Shown one piece after another: positions 13,263-28,089 of a stretch of DNA of 64,000 nt (position 1 is the stretch's first letter; every line of letters begins with the position of its first letter). This DNA is from Octopus vulgaris (lineage: Eukaryota): assembly GCA_951406725.2 (NCBI GenBank), contig OX597816.1, positions 50,406,001 to 50,470,000 of the forward strand, given 5' to 3'. The notes under the pieces were generated by a model. That model was not told the origin of the DNA, did not search any database, and saw only the letters and a list, made by a program, of their open reading frames with translations. The translations under genes and the position numbers were made by a program.

Positions 13263-14269
13263 TCTAGAGGCGCAATCTTATTAATACCAACTATTTCTTA
13301 CCTTGGGAGTGCTGATCAAAAATCTTTTTGCAGTTGTGGAGATGATAGCATTGATCCAGCAGCGTTACTTTTGGTTCTAAGTAATTGTTATATATTGCGG
13401 TCTTCATTTGTTATTTATTATACAGTGGAGCCATTTGCACTTAATGTTAATAATCATATATATATACTTAAAACGACGTTTCTCAGTTACTATGATTTAC
13501 AGGATAAAATTTAACCTAAGGACATCGGTAAAATTTGATAACTTAAGTATACTCCTATAACATTAAAGCCAATTTTAAGATGCTTCCCCATATTTTTTTT
13601 CACTATATAACGCGGAAAAAATGAAATAGTAAGCACAAATGTTAAGGAATCAAATTAGTTTGTATGTTGTGACTTCATGGTGATAAGTATTTGAAGATAT
13701 ATATTTTTTCATATTTTAAAGCAAACTTAACTCCAAATATTTCAATGAATAATGTTACTATGGCATTACTTTTGCATATATTTACATATATCTGGCACAT
13801 TTTTACTATTTGGAGCTCGTGTAGATAAATAATATCAAAGAACTTGCTAAAAATATGTTAAATTTTTAAGTATTGCCCTGAATGTTTCTTGATTAAAAAG
13901 CTTAAACCCTGATTATGATAATTCCGGACGTATTCAAACGGCACTAAATCGATCAATCAAGCAATCATGCAAGCAATCGATCAGTCAAGCATGCAGAAGT
14001 ATCATATAATTTCTGGTAAATATATTTTTGTTAGAGAATGGGATAGTAAGAGTGGAGTAGTGTCGTTATTCTTAATTACGTAGCACATGAACTATTTTAT
14101 AGTATGTGAAATAAACAATATTTCAATTGTGAATTGGAAGCCAAATAAAAATAACACTGTATTGTACATTACTTCTGTGTAGAGGACAATGACTTACGTG
14201 AAAATATCTTAGTTGTCAGTTGATTTCTAATTTAATTTTTCTGACGAGATTAATAAGAATAACAACCAC

Positions 14270-14325
<56 letters not shown>

Positions 14326-14790
14326 GCAACCATACTCTGGGATATGCCGATACACACAGATAGAGAAATTAAGGCCAACAGACCAGATATAGTTGTCAGA
14401 GATCATGAAGAAAAAAATGCTTTCTAATTGATGTATCAATACCGGCAGATGACAACGTGTCTCTAAAAGAAATGGAGAAACTTTCAAAATACAAAGACCT
14501 GGAAATAGAGGTAACTAGAATGTGGAACCTGAAAACAGAAACAATTCCTATCATAGTAGGTGCATTAGGCATGATAAAAAAATATTCAGACAAATACATA
14601 ACAAAAACACCAGGACTTACAAACACATATAACATACAGAAAATTGCACTACTAGGCACTGCACACATCCTACGCAGAACACTTTCCATACAATAACCAT
14701 CAGAGCATCACAACAAATCACAGCACATACCCAAGGCACACAGAGCTGCGCTCGGTAGTGAAGTGAAAGCACGCTATAAAAATAAAACTA

Positions 14791-14793
<3 letters not shown>
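14326..14793 (+). mobile_element. 5'-truncated R4/Dong family 1 copy in (TAA)n
   Basis: Encodes ILWDMPIHTDREIKANRPDIVV and KLSKYKDL..IIVGALG. 3' UTR is nearly identical to 19170-19268. (TAA)n on both sides. Confidence 0.92.
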
Positions 14794-14844
<51 letters not shown>

Positions 14845-14845
<1 letters not shown>

Positions 14846-15439
14846 TACAAGTGGTATAATCACCACCCTGAGGCTGTAACTGAAGGAGAAAATGTAACCA
14901 TTATGTGGGACTTTCCAGTACATACAGACAGAACCATCAAGGCCAATAAACCAGATATTGTTGTGAAAGACCAAAACAATAAAGTTTGCTTATTGATCGA
15001 CATGAGCATCCCCTGTGATCATAATATCTCAGCGAAAGAGTTTGACAAGCTCAGAAAATATAAAGACCTACTCATTGAAATTGAGAAAATGTGGCATCTC
15101 AAGGCGGTTACAAAACCAGTGATCGTAGGAGCACTAGGAATGATCAAGAAGGGAACCGAAAATTAAATGAGAATGATCCCTGGCTTACCATCCCTGCAAA
15201 AAGTGCAAAAGATTGTCTTAACTGCTACATCACACGTATTGAGAAGAGCATTGTCGATGTGAGAACTGTTGCTGCTCATGTATTTTAATTTAACTTAAAA
15301 AAAAAAAAAAAAAATAAAATGAACGAACTACTGAGTTTGGTTTAATGGCCTACCAATGTATACTATGAGTTTCTTTGCCCTAGGAGTCAGGAAGACACTC
15401 GGCAAGAAATGGAAGCAAATTTGAAAGAAGAAAAAAAAA

Positions 15440-15440
<1 letters not shown>
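14845..15440 (+). mobile_element. 5'-truncated R4/Dong family 2 copy in (TAA)n
   Basis: Encodes WDFPVHTDRTIKANKPDIVV..LIDMSIP..KLRKYKDL. 3' UTR differs from family 1. (TAA)n flanks. Confidence 0.9.
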
Positions 15441-15510
<70 letters not shown>

Positions 15511-15540
15511 AAGAAGAAGAAGAAGAAGAAGAAGAAGAAG

Positions 15541-15572
<32 letters not shown>

Positions 15573-15625
15573 GAAGAAGCAGAAGTAGAAGAAGAAGAAG
15601 AAGAAGTAGAAGAAGAAGAAAAATA
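15441..15625. repeat. (TAA)n-(GAA)n compound microsatellite
   Basis: Directly visible. Confidence 0.98.
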
Positions 15626-15670
15626 ATGAAAAGAAGAAAAGTGCCAACAAAACCTGTGATAAAAGGAAAT

Positions 15671-16048
15671 TCTTTTATTTGCTTCAGTCATTTGATTGCA
15701 GCCATGCTGGAGCACCGGCTTCAGTCGAACAAATCGACCCCAGCACTTATTCTTTGTAAGCCTAGTACTTATTCTATCGGTCACTTTGTCGGAACTGCTA
15801 AGTTTCACGGGCGTAAACACATAAGCATCAGTTGTGAAGCGATGTTGGTGGGATAAACACAGACACACAAACATATATACATATATACACGTCGGGATTC
15901 TTTCAGTTTCCGTCTAACAAATCCACTCACAAGGCTTTGGTCGTTCCAAGGCTATAGTAGAGGACACCTATACAAGGTGCTAACGCAGTGGGACTGAATC
16001 CGGAATCGTGTGGTTGGTAAGCAATCTACTTACCTCACAACCACACCC

Positions 16049-16049
<1 letters not shown>
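15671..16049 (-). mobile_element. SINE family B, full length
   Basis: Aligns to 37170-37560. Confidence 0.88.
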
Positions 16050-16086
<37 letters not shown>

Positions 16087-16269
16087 TTTATTTTCCATTA
16101 CCTTGAAGGATGGGGAACAATACGAAGACAGACGCAAAATGTGGGAGTTTACATATGAAATGAAAGCATAAGTAAATAACAAAAGAAAAAAAGATAAGTA
16201 TACACGCTATACAATGAAAAGGAAGCGAAATATACTTAGTATACAAATATTACAAAAAAAATCTTTTCT

Positions 16270-16469
16270 GCTAAAGGCACAAAGGCTGGAATTTGAAGGA
16301 GGGTTAAATCGATGACATCGATTCCAGACCGTAAGTTGTACTTAATCGAAGACGAATGGAAGAAAAACAAAATCGAGCACGGCAGAATTTGAACTCGAAA
16401 CATAAAGACAGACAAAATACCGCTGAGCATTTCGTCCGGCGTGCTAACGATTCTGCCAACTTATCGCCT
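16270..16469 (-). mobile_element. SINE family A variant
   Basis: ggcagaatttgaactc...gcatttcgtccggcgtgctaacgattctgcca matches the reverse complement of the family A head. Confidence 0.8.
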
Positions 16470-16470
16470 T

Positions 16471-16477
16471 AATAATG

Positions 16478-16571
<94 letters not shown>

Positions 16572-16586
16572 TAATAATGATGATGG

Positions 16587-16643
<57 letters not shown>

Positions 16644-16668
16644 CGACGGCGACGACGATAACGATGAC

Positions 16669-16701
<33 letters not shown>
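16471..16701. repeat. (AAT)n-(GAT)n compound microsatellite
   Basis: Directly visible. Confidence 0.98.
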
Positions 16702-16829
16702 ACTAATACATTCTACTATAGTCACGAGGCCTGAAATTTGAGGAAAGGATGTAAGCGATTATATCGACCAGAGTGCTCAGCTGATACTTAATTTATCGAC
16801 CTCAAAATGTTGAAAGGCGAAGTGCTCCA

Positions 16830-17174
16830 CCAGCAGAAGTCGTGGAGGAGCATCATAGCTATGTGTTGAGAAAATTCTCTGGGGTTTGAATAGTTCATTT
16901 CTGGAAAAATGGGTATTTCTTTCAACATCTTTAAACAACATCCTTAATCAGGGACCTTTTGAGCGAGATGGGCTACTCAACCTAAAGAAAATTCTAACTG
17001 GGCCCCACTTGCAAGAATATACGCTGTTTCTCTTGATATGAGATCGCCATGTCACGCACATGTAGTTGTGCTCACTTGTGCTTGGTGTACACTTATCAGA
17101 TGGGTAGTCATAATTGGTATAAAGGGCTTCGTATGTTTTACCCCAGTGTCATTTTCATAGCAGACACTGCTCTC

Positions 17175-17177
<3 letters not shown>
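16830..17177 (+). mobile_element. Non-coding (TAA)n-tailed retroposon 3' end (family X)
   Basis: The last ~170 bp match 23005-23176, and both end in ctgctctct followed by (TAA)n. Confidence 0.7.
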
Positions 17178-17251
<74 letters not shown>

Positions 17252-17324
17252 AATAATAGTAATAATGATAATAATAATAATGATAATAATAATAATAATA
17301 ATGATGATGATGATGATGATGTTG

Positions 17325-19337
<2,013 letters not shown>

Positions 19338-19579
19338 GTTTCAGATTTTGTCACCAAGGCAGCAAATTCGAATATGAATGCAACAAAGACGCAGCTCATA
19401 TTTTAGTGTGAGATTATATTTGGTTGAAATAATCTGATAATTATATATTTAATGTGTGTGTCTATGTGTATCTGCAGTCTAGACGAAGCATAAGAGAGTG
19501 TGAAGCTTGTCCTATTTTAACATCATGTATTTACCGTCCTTGAAAACACCTTGTAATTTTAGAATTTATATAAATGATA

Positions 19580-19780
19580 GGCGCAGGAGTGGCTGCGTAG
19601 TAAGTAGCTTGCTTACCAACCACATGCTTCTGGGTTCAGTCCCACTGCGTGGCACTTTGGGCAAGTGTCTTCTACTATAGCCTCGGGCCAACCAAAGCCT
19701 TGTGAGTGGATTTGCTAGACGGAAACTGAAAGAAGCTCGTCGTATATATGTGTATGTGTGTGTGTGTGTGTGTATATGTA
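19580..19780 (+). mobile_element. SINE family B, 5' half
   Basis: GGCGCAGGAGTGGCTG head, gggttcagtccc B box and tgggcaagtgtc; ends in the (TG)n tract. Confidence 0.88.
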
Positions 19781-21340
19781 TCACTGCCATTCGTAAGAAA
19801 ATATATCATAGTTGTATTGCTTCCATAGAGATGTGACTACGTTTTACTCACGTACAATTATACAGTTGGTATCTGTAAGTCGAAAACCAAAGAGAAATCC
19901 TACAATAGTGTCAGCTAGTGCTTTGGTGACTACAAGTGAATGGCTGTGTGTATATAACGGTGTGCACGGAGCTTTGGAATAGTTTTAAAACATAAGACAA
20001 GTTTATTACAGTCGAGAGATAAGGGGAGGGTTTGATGAGCATGGGAAAACAACCTTTCTATGGACAAGACTTAAGGTTTCGTTCGTTATTGACTCCGCAC
20101 CAATCAGTCGAGTGGTACATCCTTGTTCTAACCAATTATTTTAGTGTGTATACCTACAGCACCATTGCAGATTCGAGACAATGGCTACAATGTTGGACTC
20201 ATTGGAGTATTAGATATATTTTGCGAATAATATCATTCTTACATCACATATAATGTATACGTGTAGCAATGAATGCTCTTGTACAAATACGCAGAACAAT
20301 ATTTCCTATTTAATTTGTGTGAAGTAACATTAGTATACTTGCTTAATTACTTTAGAAACAGAATCTTAATCACATTGAATCATGTTGAAGAGAAAAATAA
20401 CAAAATAGACAATGTACTCCTTCAAAAAATTAGATGATCTGAGTGATCTTCGCTTGAAAATTTTGATCAAAGATATCCTCGATTAGAAATGACCTGTGGT
20501 TAAAATAAAATACATCACGATTGTTTGATATTTCAGCTCATTGAACAATAACTTAAATTAAATTGCATGATAAATTCTAGGAAGTTGGCCTGTATTTTCC
20601 TATGAATCACAAGAATACAAATTTGTGTGCCAGGACATAGCTAACCTAATAAAATAAATAAATCATGACAACTTGTATCTTTAATAATATTATACAATAC
20701 CTTGGGAATATATCTTCAACGTGCATTTCAGCTAATGAGTGCGCTGCCAAATCTTAATATGTAACATATACTTGCTCAATACAGGTAACCCAATTTAAGT
20801 GTAATAATTTGCATCGTAAGATTCAATAACTGTTGATCAATAATACAGAATTTTGCAATTCTTAGTGAGGTAATCTTTACCGACCGAGCATATTACATGT
20901 TTGTATGTTTATATATATAAATATATGCGTGTTTGTGTGCGTGTGTATGCGCGTGCTTGCGTGCTTAATATATGTATATATATGAACCGAAAATGCAATT
21001 TACTAAGTCATTATAGAATTAGATATAATATTATCGCTCAGTATTTCTTCTCATTCTCACCTAGCAAACCGTCATTTGAAATGGATGTAAAGAAAGAATA
21101 TTAAACAGGCAACTTTAGAAATGTCAGCTGGGCTCTACTTGGGTACCGGACAGATATGACATTCATCAAGGCATGTTTAAAATCATATTCGCATTGTGCT
21201 CGTCTATTCAAATTAGATAATTATTAACCTAATATATCTAGTGCTTTAATTCAGACCTAAGATATATCCTCAGTTATTTTGCTTTTCTCAAGGAATACGA
21301 TAGCAGCGTTTACAAGGATGGTATACATACGTGGAGAAAA

Positions 21341-21570
21341 GGCGGCGAGCTGGCAGAAACGGTAGCAATCCGGGCGAAATGCTTACCGGTATTTCGTCTG
21401 TCGTTATGTTCTGAGTTCAAATTCCGCCGAGGTCGACTTTGCCTTTCATCCTTTCGGGGTCGATTAAATAAGTACCAGTTACGCACTGGGGTCCATATAA
21501 TCGACTTAATCCGTTTGTGTGTCTTTGTTTGTCCCCTCTGTGACTAGCCCCTTGTGGGCAGTAAAGAAAT
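21341..21570 (+). mobile_element. SINE family A, full length
   Basis: Aligns to the copy at 6301. TSD ggtatacatacgtggagaa / ggtatacatatgtggataa. Confidence 0.92.
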
Positions 21571-22092
21571 AGGTATACATATGTGGATAAGTGATAACAT
21601 TTTGTAAAGAGAACAACCCGTACAAGAGTGTGATCAGTACAAACCATGTATAGATATATGACTGAACATGACATTCGTGCACATGGTCCAACGCATGAAT
21701 ATGTACAAGTCTACTAGTGTCTGCTCGTATGTCTGTGTATATAAGCTTTCTATTTTTGAAAATATAAATAAACTTTCGAACAGACAGTCAACAGCAACGC
21801 CTGCTGGGTTCGGCTAATCCATAGTAATAGGGGGCAAATACCCCGAAAATAATCTGCAATTGTTGAACCAACATGGAGAAGGTGATGACCGCCCCTGTTT
21901 GAAAGTTGTAATAACCATGGACTTTTCGAGCTAATCAACGGCGGCATTTGTCCCATTTTTATGTACTGTCATGTTAGCTTGGCGATAACTATAAATACTC
22001 AGTACTGTTGCCGTAGTCTCCTTTAGAGAGATTTAGAAATAATAATAATAATGATGATGATGATTATGATGAAGAGGATGATGAGGATGATG

Positions 22093-22164
<72 letters not shown>

Positions 22165-22186
22165 GTAATAATTATAATAATGATAA

Positions 22187-22818
22187 TTCATATTATCTCT
22201 GGCTGCCCAGCCGTGGATAATAAGGAATATATTCACAGACACGACAGAGTTGGGACCTACATACAGTGGAACCTATGTCAACATTAAGGAAGATAGTATT
22301 AAAAGATAGTATAGGCACACACCAGAAAAAGTCACAGAAACCGAGAAAGCAACTATACTCTGGGATATGCAAATACACACAGGTAGAGAAATTAAGGCCA
22401 ATAGGCCAGATATAGTTGTTAGAGATCATGAAGAAAACAAATGCTTTCTAATTGATGTATCAATACCATCAGACGACAACATGTCTCTAAAGGAAATGGA
22501 GAAACTTTCAAAATACAAAGACCTCGAAATAGCGGTAATTCCAATGTAGAATCTAAAAACAGAAACAATCCGTATCATAGTAGGCGCATTAGGTATGATG
22601 AAAAAATATTCAGGCAAATCTACAACAAAAACACCAGGACTTACAAATATATATATCATAGAGAAAATTGCACTACTGGACACTGCACACATCCTACACA
22701 AAACTCTTTCAATGGAGTAAAAATAAGAGCATCACAACAAATCACAGCACATACCCAAGGCACACACAGCTTCGATCGGTAGTGAAGTGAAAGCACGCTA
22801 TAAAAATAAAACTACTGA
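22187..22818 (+). mobile_element. Decayed 5'-truncated R4/Dong family 1 copy
   Basis: HIISGCP..EYIHRHDRVG and NRPDIVV with in-frame stops. Same 3' UTR as 19170-19268. (TAA)n flanks. Confidence 0.92.
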
Positions 22819-22848
22819 ATCATGTTGAGGATGATAATAATAATAATG

Positions 22849-22904
<56 letters not shown>

Positions 22905-22962
22905 TATGATAATAATAATAATAATATTAATAATAATAACAGTAATAGTAATAATGATAATA

Positions 22963-23004
<42 letters not shown>

Positions 23005-23005
<1 letters not shown>

Positions 23006-23176
23006 GGACCTGCAAGGTCATGTGCTGTTTATAATGAGATCACCATGTCGCGCACATATGGTTGTGATGCATGTGCCTGGTGTGCCTTTATCAGACGGGT
23101 AGTCATGATGGGTATATTGGGCTTCGTATATTTTACCCCAGTGTCACTTTGATGGCATGAACTGCTCTCTCACTCA
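23005..23176 (+). mobile_element. Family X 3' end inserted in (TAA)n
   Basis: Homologous to 17005-17177, with (TAA)n on both sides. Confidence 0.7.
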
Positions 23177-23269
23177 ATAATAATAATAATAATAATAATA
23201 AAAATAATAATAAGAAGAAGACTAATAATAATGATGATAATAATCATGATATATATACACACACATATA

Positions 23270-23607
23270 TTCTTTTAATGTTGCGTGTTTCAGTCACATG
23301 ACTCCGACCATACTGGAGCACCACCTTAAAGACTTTTAGTATTACACATACTGAAACTGCTACTATACAGATACGTAAATACACCAATATCGGTTGTAAA
23401 GCGACGGTGGTGGGACAAAGACAGTCACACGCACACATAAATATATATGTGTGTGTGTATGCGTGTGTGTTATGCGACGGCCTTCTTTCAGTGTTCGTCT
23501 ACCAAAGCCTCTCACAAGTCTTGGGTCACCCGAGGCTACAGTAACATTCGACTGAACTCGGAACCATACGGTTGGGAAGCAAGATTCTTACCACAATTCC
23601 ATGCTCC

Positions 23608-23608
<1 letters not shown>
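23270..23608 (-). mobile_element. Decayed SINE family B
   Basis: Recognisable blocks: tttcagtca, ctggagcacc, ttctttcagt..gtctaccaaa and ggaaccat..ggttgg. Confidence 0.75.
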
Positions 23609-23671
<63 letters not shown>

Positions 23672-23689
23672 TGTTTGTGTGTGTCTATG

Positions 23690-23746
<57 letters not shown>

Positions 23747-23865
23747 ATGTATATATATACACACACACATATATACACATATACAGATACATATATATAT
23801 ATATATAAAACATTATTGGTGAATTGAAGAAATGGAGCTGAACGCATATTGAACAGAAATCGTTT

Positions 23866-23959
23866 TATTTCATTCTACACGTGTTTCGAAAGGCACAAAT
23901 TACCAAAATCCGATTGAATAATGGGACCATATTGTGTCTTTCTCTTCAGGAAGAAAATA
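23866..23959 (-). ncRNA. Type-I hammerhead ribozyme with canonical core
   Basis: Minus strand reads UAUUUUCUUC-CUGAAGA-GAAAGACACAA...UUGUGCCUUUC-GAAAC-ACGU-GUA^GAAUGAAAUA. Stem II pairs at 10 of 11 positions. Confidence 0.85.
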
Positions 23960-24058
23960 GGAAATCCGTTGGAAAAACAAAAACAGAACAGAGGCTACTA
24001 AGGTATCGGTTAAACTTTTGATTAATCTACTACAAGATTATTCATCTTTCTATTTCAC

Positions 24059-24195
<137 letters not shown>

Positions 24196-24589
24196 GTATG
24201 TATATGTATATATATATATATACAAAGAGAATTTGAGAATTAAATATCTAAAAACCAACAGAATATATTTATGTATTCCCAAAACTTATTTTGGACCAAT
24301 TACGAATGAGCGTGTAAAATACAAAAAAAAAAAGAAAAAATGTGACAGGCATAAGTATCCTGTAATGATATTTCTGTTTATTTTTTTAATATTTATGCAT
24401 CATCATTTATTTATATGTAGATAGATGTCGTAATTGGGCATTTATTTATTTAGCCCCATTGATAACAATCGATACCTACCGTAGCTCCAATATTGATTTG
24501 GCAGATAAATACTATAGAATGCTATACACACAGACACACACATACACACACACACACACACACATACACACACACATACACACACATAC

Positions 24590-24790
24590 ACACACACACA
24601 CACATGTATTGTCCCCACCACTGTCACTTGACACCTGATATTGGCGTGTCTACGTCCTCATAAAAGAGACGGAAGAGTAAGTAGTAGGCTTACAAAGAGT
24701 AAGTCGTGGGGTCGATTTGTTCGTTTAAAGACGGTGCTCCAGCATGTTTGCAGTCAAATGTCTGAAACAAATACAACAAATAAACGAAAT
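24590..24790 (+). mobile_element. SINE family B, 3' half
   Basis: Contains cacttgaca, aggcttacaaaga and ggtgctccagcatg. Confidence 0.7.
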
Positions 24791-24838
24791 ATATATATAA
24801 ATATATAAGTATGTATGTGTTGTGTACGTAAACATTAC

Positions 24839-25415
24839 TATGCGGCGAGGCAGCCTGCTGCCCGCCCTTTAATTATTTTCACTATATACTGAACTTTCCA
24901 GAAGTTCCTGACGATGAATTTGTTATATTTACATACCGGAATTTTACCGGTAAATAATTGTTGGTTATATGAAAAACCACTGAAAAATTATTTACCATTT
25001 TTATTGTATTACCATGTGGACTTCTTATTCCATTGCGATCGGCCAGGCGGCGCACACAGCAGAATTTTTGGAGGGAAAATTTACGTTCTCAGTCATTACT
25101 TAGTTTTAACATATGCACACCTCCCCCACTATCTGATGTCGCTTGGTCAGAAGTGAGGGCCTGTGGCATTTGCTAAATCTATCGAATATGGTGTTGATAA
25201 AGGAAATCAAGCTATTTTCGTGCTTGTGATCTAGAAACATGTTCATCATTAACGGTAAGAGATTGGTTTCGTTTATTTGCTACTCCGTTTTTTGCGTATG
25301 TCAATCGCAGGGTTCGTCGTATTTGGAAAATCCACTTATAGAAAATGGAAAAAACAGTCTTTGACTGCCATTTCTAATTCCTCCGGTATGCGGCGAGGCA
25401 GCCTGCTGCCCGCCC

Positions 25416-25423
<8 letters not shown>
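24839..25423 (+). mobile_element. 548-bp-period, terminally redundant non-coding element with a decayed hammerhead (retrozyme-like)
   Basis: Identical 37-bp direct repeat tatgcggcgaggcagcctgctgcccgccctttaatta at 24839 and 25387. 25188-25249 reads AUGGUG-UUGAUAA...GAAAC-AU-GUU^CAUCAU. Ends at (TA)n. Confidence 0.7.
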
Positions 25424-25461
<38 letters not shown>

Positions 25462-25466
<5 letters not shown>

Positions 25467-26047
25467 CAAAATAAAAACATGATGCAAAGGATTTAGTGGT
25501 ACATATGTTTCTGGCTTTTATTAGACGGTTTATATCAATGCATAATTGATGTTATTTGTATGTCAATAGCCTTCTTCAGCCGCGTACAATTACTACTTCA
25601 AGGACACGTATTACATTATAAGTTTTGGAAAAAGGCGATTTACGTTTGGGATGCGAGTCCTCATAGTCGTGTACAACAGAGCGAGGCACCAAAACAAAAC
25701 CAAAGCGTCCATCCTCGATGTAGAATGAGGAGATTGGATGTTGAGATAGAGAGGGAAGGAGTTTGGGGGGAATCTTAAATGTGTTAGGGATCACAAAGGG
25801 GGAGAGTAGTAGGTGCAAAATGTAGTAAAAGAGTAAAAAATTAAAAAAAGAGTAAACATTAAAAAATATAAAAAAAATATAAGAATTACATCAATTATGC
25901 ATTGATATAAACCGTCTAATAAAAGCCAGAAACATATGTACCGCTAAATCATCTGCATCATGTTTTTATTTTGATGAATATACTCTATCACCTACACCAC
26001 TAAATGGCATATACAGGTGCTTACAATTATCAAGTATTCACCCTGAA

Positions 26048-26050
<3 letters not shown>
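25462..26050. mobile_element. Fold-back Penelope-like element with hammerhead, same family as 4093-4230
   Basis: Inverted arms at 25462-25553 and 25888-25980. Minus strand 25496-25583 reads GCGG-CUGAAGA-AGGCU...AGCCA-GAAAC-AUAU-GUA^CCAC (CCGC in the other arm). (TA)n on both sides. Confidence 0.82.
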
Positions 26051-26099
<49 letters not shown>

Positions 26100-27701
26100 G
26101 TACCTATACAGGCGTATATATATGAGCATGTATATATCTATGAATGCATATACGCTGTCAGCTTTTGCTTAGATGTATACAATACGACAAAAGCAGCTGC
26201 ATATAATTTTTCTCTATCGATTTCTGCATATGACAATTTCTACACCTTTTATGTGGGCGTTTTTCGTTATTTTGCTCGCAATTTTATATCTGTGCGTTTT
26301 GCACACTTCTTGGTATATATTACTCGGATTGTTGTCATTCATTCTTTATGTGCATTAGTTAATTAGTAAGTTTTGTGAATTCAATACGTACCCTAGAATT
26401 AGATAAACATGCATTGACAGTCTTACATTATCTTTGGTGGCTTCGATAGTATATAGAACCTGCCCATGTGCGAGAGGCCTTGATATAAAGACCTTGTAAA
26501 TATTAAATATTTTCTCTTAATTTATATTTATTCGAAAATATCAATATTATGTATTTTCTTTTCTTTTATATTTATCAAAAATATCAACGAATAGAATATC
26601 ATAAAACAGTATCATAAAACACATGCATTTACAATATATGCACAACTGTCCAGGAAGGAACACCCTTTATATGCTTCTTCCAATTGTTATCGCACTTCTG
26701 TAGCTTGGATTTCAGGTCGTCTTTTGGTGAGTTTATGTAAGTTTTTCACTTTAGCTTACCCATGCTTTTTATTGTATACTAAACTATTGCTATCTAAAGG
26801 GTATTTCTTAAATTAGTTACTTTCAAATATCTTGTCCGTTGTCTTCTAAAATTCCTGGATCACTGCTTCACTTATAATCATGATGTTTGATATTTTGGCA
26901 TAATAGTAAGTTACTTCTAGATTAATTTCCCACTTTTTTTTACTCTATCGTTACTTTTCATGGGGGATACAGATAAAGACGCCGTGAACGCACACACTAT
27001 TTAATAAACAATTATTTAAATAATTAAAGCAGTAAATATACTAACTTAATAATTATCTAATTTGAATAGACTTACACTTTGCAAATATGATTTTAAACAT
27101 ACCTCAATGAATGGCATAACTCTCCGGCTCCCAAGCAGAGCCCAAGCGGTCATTTCTAACGTTGTCTGTATAACATTCTCTGTAATAAATATTCTATTCG
27201 TTGATACGTTCTTACTTTATATCCATTGCAAGTGACTGCTAATTATAAGCAAATCGAAAGTGGAATTAGTCTACGCGTCAACTAATTTCTAATTAGTTAC
27301 TGAAAACTCTTAGAAAATATTTTTTTTGGTTATATAAATTAAATAATTTTTGTGAGATTTATGTGCGTCTAGATAGGATCTAAATCGGTCTTAATATTTA
27401 TTCTTGTTTCTACCTTGACGTCTTTCCAGATAGCGGACACTTGAAATATTTTCATTTTTACAGTAAGACGCAATTAAAAAAATTACCTAGAATCGCTGTA
27501 GGTTATAGATGTTTTGCATATTCCAATCTATTTCTATGTATTCTTCAGGACGATTGCGGTTTATGACATTGCTTCAAATGAGCTTAAACACTAGGACACG
27601 AAGCCAGTAATCCATATGTTCCAGAATGTTAATTTTATAAAACATATGTATACATACAATATTTGAGTTCATTTATTTCAAACAGATTAACATTCTCTTA
27701 T

Positions 27702-28089
27702 GGTGGAAGCACTCCGTCGGTTACGACGATGAGAGTTCCGGTTGATCCGAATCAACGGAACAGCCTGCTCGTGAAATTAACGTGTAAGTGGCTGAGCACT
27801 CCACAGACACGTGTACATTTAACGTAGTTCTCGGGGATATTCAGCGTGACACAGCGAGTGACAAGGCCGGCCCTTTGAAATACAGGTACAACAGAAACAG
27901 GAAGTAAGAGTGAGAGAAAGTTGTGGTGAAAGGGTACAGCAGGGATCACCACCATCCCCTGCCAGAGCATCGTGGAGCTTTAGGTGCTTTCGCTCAATAA
28001 ACACTCACAACGCCCGGTCTGGGAATCGAAACCACGATCCTATGACCGCGAGTCCACTGCCCTAACCACTGGGCCATTGCGCCTCCACT
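27702..28089 (-). mobile_element. tRNA-derived SINE family C, full length
   Basis: Minus strand has GTGGAGGCGCAATGGCCCAGTGGTTAGG (A box) and GGTTTCGATTCCC (B box). TSD cattctcttat at 27691-27701 and 28090-28100. Confidence 0.92.

Noticed and set aside
27990-28089. tRNA gene
   Set aside because: The A and B boxes belong to a SINE head that continues into a body and tail with a TSD. The same applies to the other SINE heads.
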